From assembly GCA_001600695.1 (NCBI GenBank), contig BCKQ01000020.1, positions 157,163 to 167,760 of the forward strand: 10,598 nt of DNA, given 5' to 3'. The notes under the pieces were generated by a model. The model was not told the origin of the DNA. It made no database searches and saw nothing but the letters and a program-made list of their open reading frames with translations. The stretch is from Ascoidea asiatica JCM 7603. Its lineage: Eukaryota; Fungi; Ascomycota. How positions within the stretch are numbered: the first letter of the stretch is position 1; each line of letters begins with the position of its first letter. Position numbers and translations under genes: made by a program. Shown piece after piece: positions 7,061 to 10,598 of the stretch.

Positions 7061-8179
7061 ATGGTAAAGGAAACAAAATTATATGACCTTTTAGGTGTAC
7101 CAATAAATGCAGATTCAACTCAATTAAAAAAAGGATATAGAAAAATGGCATTAAAATATCATCCTGATAAACCAACAGGTAATACAGAAAAATTTAAAGA
7201 AATTTCTGAAGCTTTTGATATTTTAAATGATAAATCAAAAAGACAAATTTATGATATTTATGGTTTAGAAGCTACAAGACATGGTGGTCCAATACCACAA
7301 CAACAACAACAACAACAACATCCTTCAACAAGTAATGGTGGTGGTGGTGGTGGTGGTAATCCATTTGGTGGTCATTCTACTTATACTACCTCAAGTAATT
7401 TTGGTTCTGATCCATTTTCTCAAGCTGATGCTTTTAATATATTCAATTCATTTTTTTCTAATGGTGGTGCTGGTGCTGGTGCTGGTGGTAACATGGATTC
7501 ATTCTCTTTTTCTAGTGGAATCCCCGGAATGTCAGGTGCCATCCCCGGCGACATCCCCGGAATGTCCTCGAATATGCCTGGTTCTTTTACTTCTTCATCT
7601 TCCAACAACAATAACAACAACAACAACAATAATAACAATAACAATAACAACTCTGAAGATATAATTGAATTAGATGCTCCATGTTCTTTAGAAGATTTAT
7701 ATAATGGTTCAACAAAAAAATTTAAAATAAATAGAAAAAGTATAAATGGTTCAATAGAAACAAAAATAATTGAATTAAATTTAAAAAAAGGTTGGAAAAA
7801 AGGTACAAAAATAACTTTTAAAAATGAAGGTGATTATTTACCTTTAAAAAATAAAAGACAATCAATTTGTTTTAAAATTATTGAAAAAAATCATAATTTT
7901 TTTAAAAGAGATAATAATAATTTATTATATAATTTAAAAATTTCATTTAAAGAAAGTTTATTATCTTTTAAAAAAAAAATTAATTTATTAAATGGTAAAA
8001 TTATTATAATTTCAAAAAATTTACCAACAAATAATAATTCTAAAATTATTTATCCAGGTAGTGGAATGCCAATTTCAAATAAATTAAATCAATTTGGTGA
8101 TTTAATTGTAAATATTATTGTTAATTATCCTTCTTCATTATCTCAACATCAAAAAGATCTTATTCAAAATAATTTTTAA
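7061..8179 (+). CDS. SIS1: Type II Hsp40/J-domain co-chaperone, 372 aa
   Basis: N-terminus [13 protein letters not shown]...[32 protein letters not shown] (HPD at 7160-7168). G/F region with [14 protein letters not shown] region, C-terminal domain SLEDL..G..K.FKI.RK and [14 protein letters not shown]. No Zn-finger CxxCxGxG repeats. Confidence 0.96.
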   Translation: MVKETKLYDLLGVPINADSTQLKKGYRKMALKYHPDKPTGNTEKFKEISEAFDILNDKSKRQIYDIYGLEATRHGGPIPQQQQQQQHPSTSNGGGGGGGNPFGGHSTYTTSSNFGSDPFSQADAFNIFNSFFSNGGAGAGAGGNMDSFSFSSGIPGMSGAIPGDIPGMSSNMPGSFTSSSSNNNNNNNNNNNNNNNNSEDIIELDAPCSLEDLYNGSTKKFKINRKSINGSIETKIIELNLKKGWKKGTKITFKNEGDYLPLKNKRQSICFKIIEKNHNFFKRDNNNLLYNLKISFKESLLSFKKKINLLNGKIIIISKNLPTNNNSKIIYPGSGMPISNKLNQFGDLIVNIIVNYPSSLSQHQKDLIQNNF

Positions 8180-8195
8180 TTTATTAACAATATAA

Positions 8196-9317
8196 TTATA
8201 AATTTTTTTTTGTATATTCATTAACTTTAGCTGCAACACCTCCTTTAATTAATTTAACTTGTTCAGATTTTTTACCATTTTTTTTATAAACATCAATATA
8301 AAATAAAATAAATAAAATTAAATATGATGAAAGAATTGAACATCCCCAAATTGCAGCTTTATTTGATCCTGTACAATTTGAATAATATAATGGTATATAT
8401 CCACCATTTAAATAATAATCTTTAAAATATCTTGTTTCTTTATTAATAAAATAATAATAAATAAATTTTTGATATGATGCATAATAAACAAAAATTAAAT
8501 CAATAATAAATTGTAAAATTTGAAATTTTGTAACATATTCTTTCCACCAAATTTTATAACCTTTAGATTTTAAAAAATAATAAAAATACATTAAAATATG
8601 TATAAATAAATTTAATCCAATTACAACCCATGATATTGAAGTTTTACCAATTAATTGTGTATAACAAAGTAAAGCAGTTGCACCATGATGATAAATATGT
8701 AAAAACATTAATTTTTTAAATTTTAAAATTAAAAAAAATGTATCTAAAAATTCAAAAAATTTAATTAAATAATTTAAATAATAAATTATAATTAATTTTT
8801 TTGTAAATGAATTTTTATTACAAATTGTGAAAAAAATTCCATTAAAATAAATTATTGGTATTAATTGTTCAATTAATAATATTAATAATATAAATGAAAT
8901 TATAGTTAAATTTAAATTATGTAATTGAAAAATAAATTTAAAAAATTTTGAATTTAAAAATTTTTTTTTATAAAAATAATTAAAATTTAAATAATTTTTA
9001 ATATTTAATTTTTTTAAAATATATTGAATAAAAAAAATTAAAAAATAATAATTAAAAATTATAAATAAAACTGAATTTAATGTTGATAAATAAGTTTCAC
9101 CAATTTTAAATTCAAATTTTGATAAATTAAATGAATAATTAAATAAAATTAATGAAATTTTATTTATTAATTTATTAAATATATTAAATAAATTTATACC
9201 AAATGGTTTTAAAATTGTTGGAATTGGTAAATTTAAAAATTTTAAAAAATTTGAAATAAATTTTGGTAAAATTTCAATTTTTTCTTTTGAAAAATTAAGT
9301 AATTCAAATTCATCCAT
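8196..9317 (-). CDS. ELO2: Very-long-chain fatty acid elongase (GNS1/SUR4 family), ELO2/FEN1-like, 373 aa
   Basis: KFFEFLDT, FLHIYHHGATALLCYTQL (HxxHH at 8685-8699), LNL..H..MY.YY, WWKE.VT.FQI.QF. The C-terminal GGVAAKVNEY is typical of Elo2/Elo1 rather than Elo3. Ends in KKNL, a dilysine ER-retrieval-like signal. Confidence 0.9.
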   Translation of the reverse strand: MDEFELLNFSKEKIEILPKFISNFLKFLNLPIPTILKPFGINLFNIFNKLINKISLILFNYSFNLSKFEFKIGETYLSTLNSVLFIIFNYYFLIFFIQYILKKLNIKNYLNFNYFYKKKFLNSKFFKFIFQLHNLNLTIISFILLILLIEQLIPIIYFNGIFFTICNKNSFTKKLIIIYYLNYLIKFFEFLDTFFLILKFKKLMFLHIYHHGATALLCYTQLIGKTSISWVVIGLNLFIHILMYFYYFLKSKGYKIWWKEYVTKFQILQFIIDLIFVYYASYQKFIYYYFINKETRYFKDYYLNGGYIPLYYSNCTGSNKAAIWGCSILSSYLILFILFYIDVYKKNGKKSEQVKLIKGGVAAKVNEYTKKNL

Positions 9318-9631
9318 TTTTATTATTTTATTATTTTATTATTTTATTAGTTATTGATAAATACAAAAAAGAAAAGAAAAGAAAAGAAAATTGATTAATT
9401 AATTATTAAAATATTTAAAAATGAAATTGTATTTGAAATTGACTAAAGTTGATTGGAGATATTTGAATTGAATTAACTAATTGAATTGACTAATTGAATA
9501 AAGCGAATGAATATATGATTATGAAATAAATAATATTAGAAATGGAAACTTAAGTTATGATTGTATTCTAATTATATTCTTATTTATTTCATTATCTGTT
9601 TCAATAATATCTAATTCTATTTCTATTTCCA

Positions 9632-9712
9632 ATTCTTATTCTTATTCTTATTCTTATTCTTATTTATATATTTTATATATTTTATATATTTTATATATTT
9701 TATATATTTTAT
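9632..9712 (+). repeat. Adjacent (ATTCTT)n and (TATATATTTT)n simple repeats in the ELO2 upstream region
   Basis: About five hexamer units at 9632-9663 and about five decamer units at 9664-9712. Confidence 0.85.
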
Positions 9713-9767
9713 CTTTTATTTACATTTTCACAACTGCAACAGGTGTTCTCTGAAGAAAAAAGAGCGG

Positions 9768-9897
9768 CACGTGAGCGGAGAGCGCGGCACGCACGGAAAC
9801 TCAACAAAAACAGTGAAAAACAGTGAAAAACACGAAAAAACACGAAAAAATAAACAATAAAAACAATTAAAAACGCGGGAATTATTTCATGACGCGT
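9768..9897. promoter_or_regulatory. Candidate upstream activating region of ELO2: Cbf1-type E-box, two SCBs and an MCB
   Basis: CACGTGA at 9768-9774, CACGAAA at 9831 and 9841, ACGCG at 9873, ACGCGT at 9892-9897. Confidence 0.45.
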
Positions 9898-10083
9898 GTG
9901 GCAGAAGGAAATTGAGGACAGGGCGGCGATGTGGGGACAGCAGAAGAGTATTTATGGGACAAGCAGATATAGGACAGTGCTTCGGGACATGAAACACATC
10001 CAGGACTGAATGTGTGATATTACAGGACATACACTGACCTGAATAGAATATATATGAATAACAATAACAATAACAGTAACAAT

Positions 10084-10495
10084 TCTTTTTTTATTCTTCA
10101 ATCTTTTAATCAATGATAATAAAATTATTGAAAATACTTTGTGATAATTTACTACTCATATTATTATTATTATTATTACTTTAATTATTCTTATTTAAAT
10201 GCATTCGAGATTTTAATGTAATATAAGGATATGTAAATCCAGTTGCAATTAATTTACCTAATTCTCCAATTAAAAATGCATCAATTGAATTAAATTCTTT
10301 AATAATCTCTATTGATTTTTGTTTCTTATTATCTCTAGTTTCTTCCTTTTCATCTTCATCTTCATCTTCATTCTCTTTACTTTTGGATACTTGAACTTTA
10401 CATGAAATTGTTAATAATGGATATGTTATAATTAATGCTAATACTCCTCCTGTAGCTCCAGAAATTGCATGAATTATTTGATTAACTTCCTTCAT
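10084..10495 (-). pseudogene. Internally deleted PMP47-like peroxisomal carrier (SLC25 family) relic
   Basis: The first ATG is at 10495; the ORF track start at 10522 is TTG. HAISGATGGVLALIITYPLLTI resembles PMP47 helix 1 and is joined in frame to IDAFLIGELGKLIATGFTYPYITLKSRMH, which resembles helix 5. After the stop at 10181-10183, the same frame gives SSKLSQSI, resembling helix 6 (KLLQSI). Based on recalled PMP47 sequence. Confidence 0.75.
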
Positions 10496-10598
10496 ATCAA
10501 ACCCACTCTTAATTATTCTCAATCACTTTATGTTTCCAGAGTTATTTCTAGAATATTACTCATTTAAATATCAATTGATTTATAAAATATTTCATCAA

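Noticed and set aside
7281-7664. 127-aa (+) and 76-aa (-) ORFs inside SIS1
   Set aside because: Shadow frames of trinucleotide repeats (poly-V, poly-T, poly-L) with no independent coding signal.
1922-9317. No in-frame CTG codon found in the four host genes (possible CUG-reassigned clade)
   Set aside because: G/C-ending codons are rare overall and Leu is mostly TTA, so the absence is uninformative without genome-wide codon and tRNA-CAG analysis.
9915-10029. CRISPR-like repeat-spacer interpretation of the GGACA cluster
   Set aside because: Eukaryotic context, 5-6 nt repeat, irregular spacers and no cas genes.
10546-10558. TTCTAGAATATTA HSE-like site upstream of the PMP47 relic
   Set aside because: Only two perfect units, which is expected by chance in AT-rich DNA.

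Overview
Eukaryotic DNA, apparently from an extremely AT-rich budding yeast (Saccharomycotina; inferred from gene content and Asn/Lys/Ile-biased proteins). From left to right it contains: the decayed 3' end of a Ty3/gypsy LTR retrotransposon (integrase with HHCC, D,D35E and GPY/F motifs, one frameshift and four in-frame stops); an LTR-like region with a long degenerate heat-shock-element array, a Reb1-like site, a TATA box and a GC-rich hairpin; four intact host genes (MNN1-family GT71 mannosyltransferase, ORT1-like mitochondrial carrier, SIS1 Hsp40 with a perfect HSE, ELO2-like elongase); and a PMP47-like peroxisomal carrier relic assembled from colinear fragments. I cannot support a wholly new biological system. 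The best leads are a possibly heat-inducible gypsy family with a structured LTR boundary, the collapsed PMP47 copy, an unexplained RGGAC(A/T) motif cluster, and an inverted base-composition pattern in which promoters are far more GC-rich than genes. All homology calls come from motif recognition and recalled sequences, not database searches.
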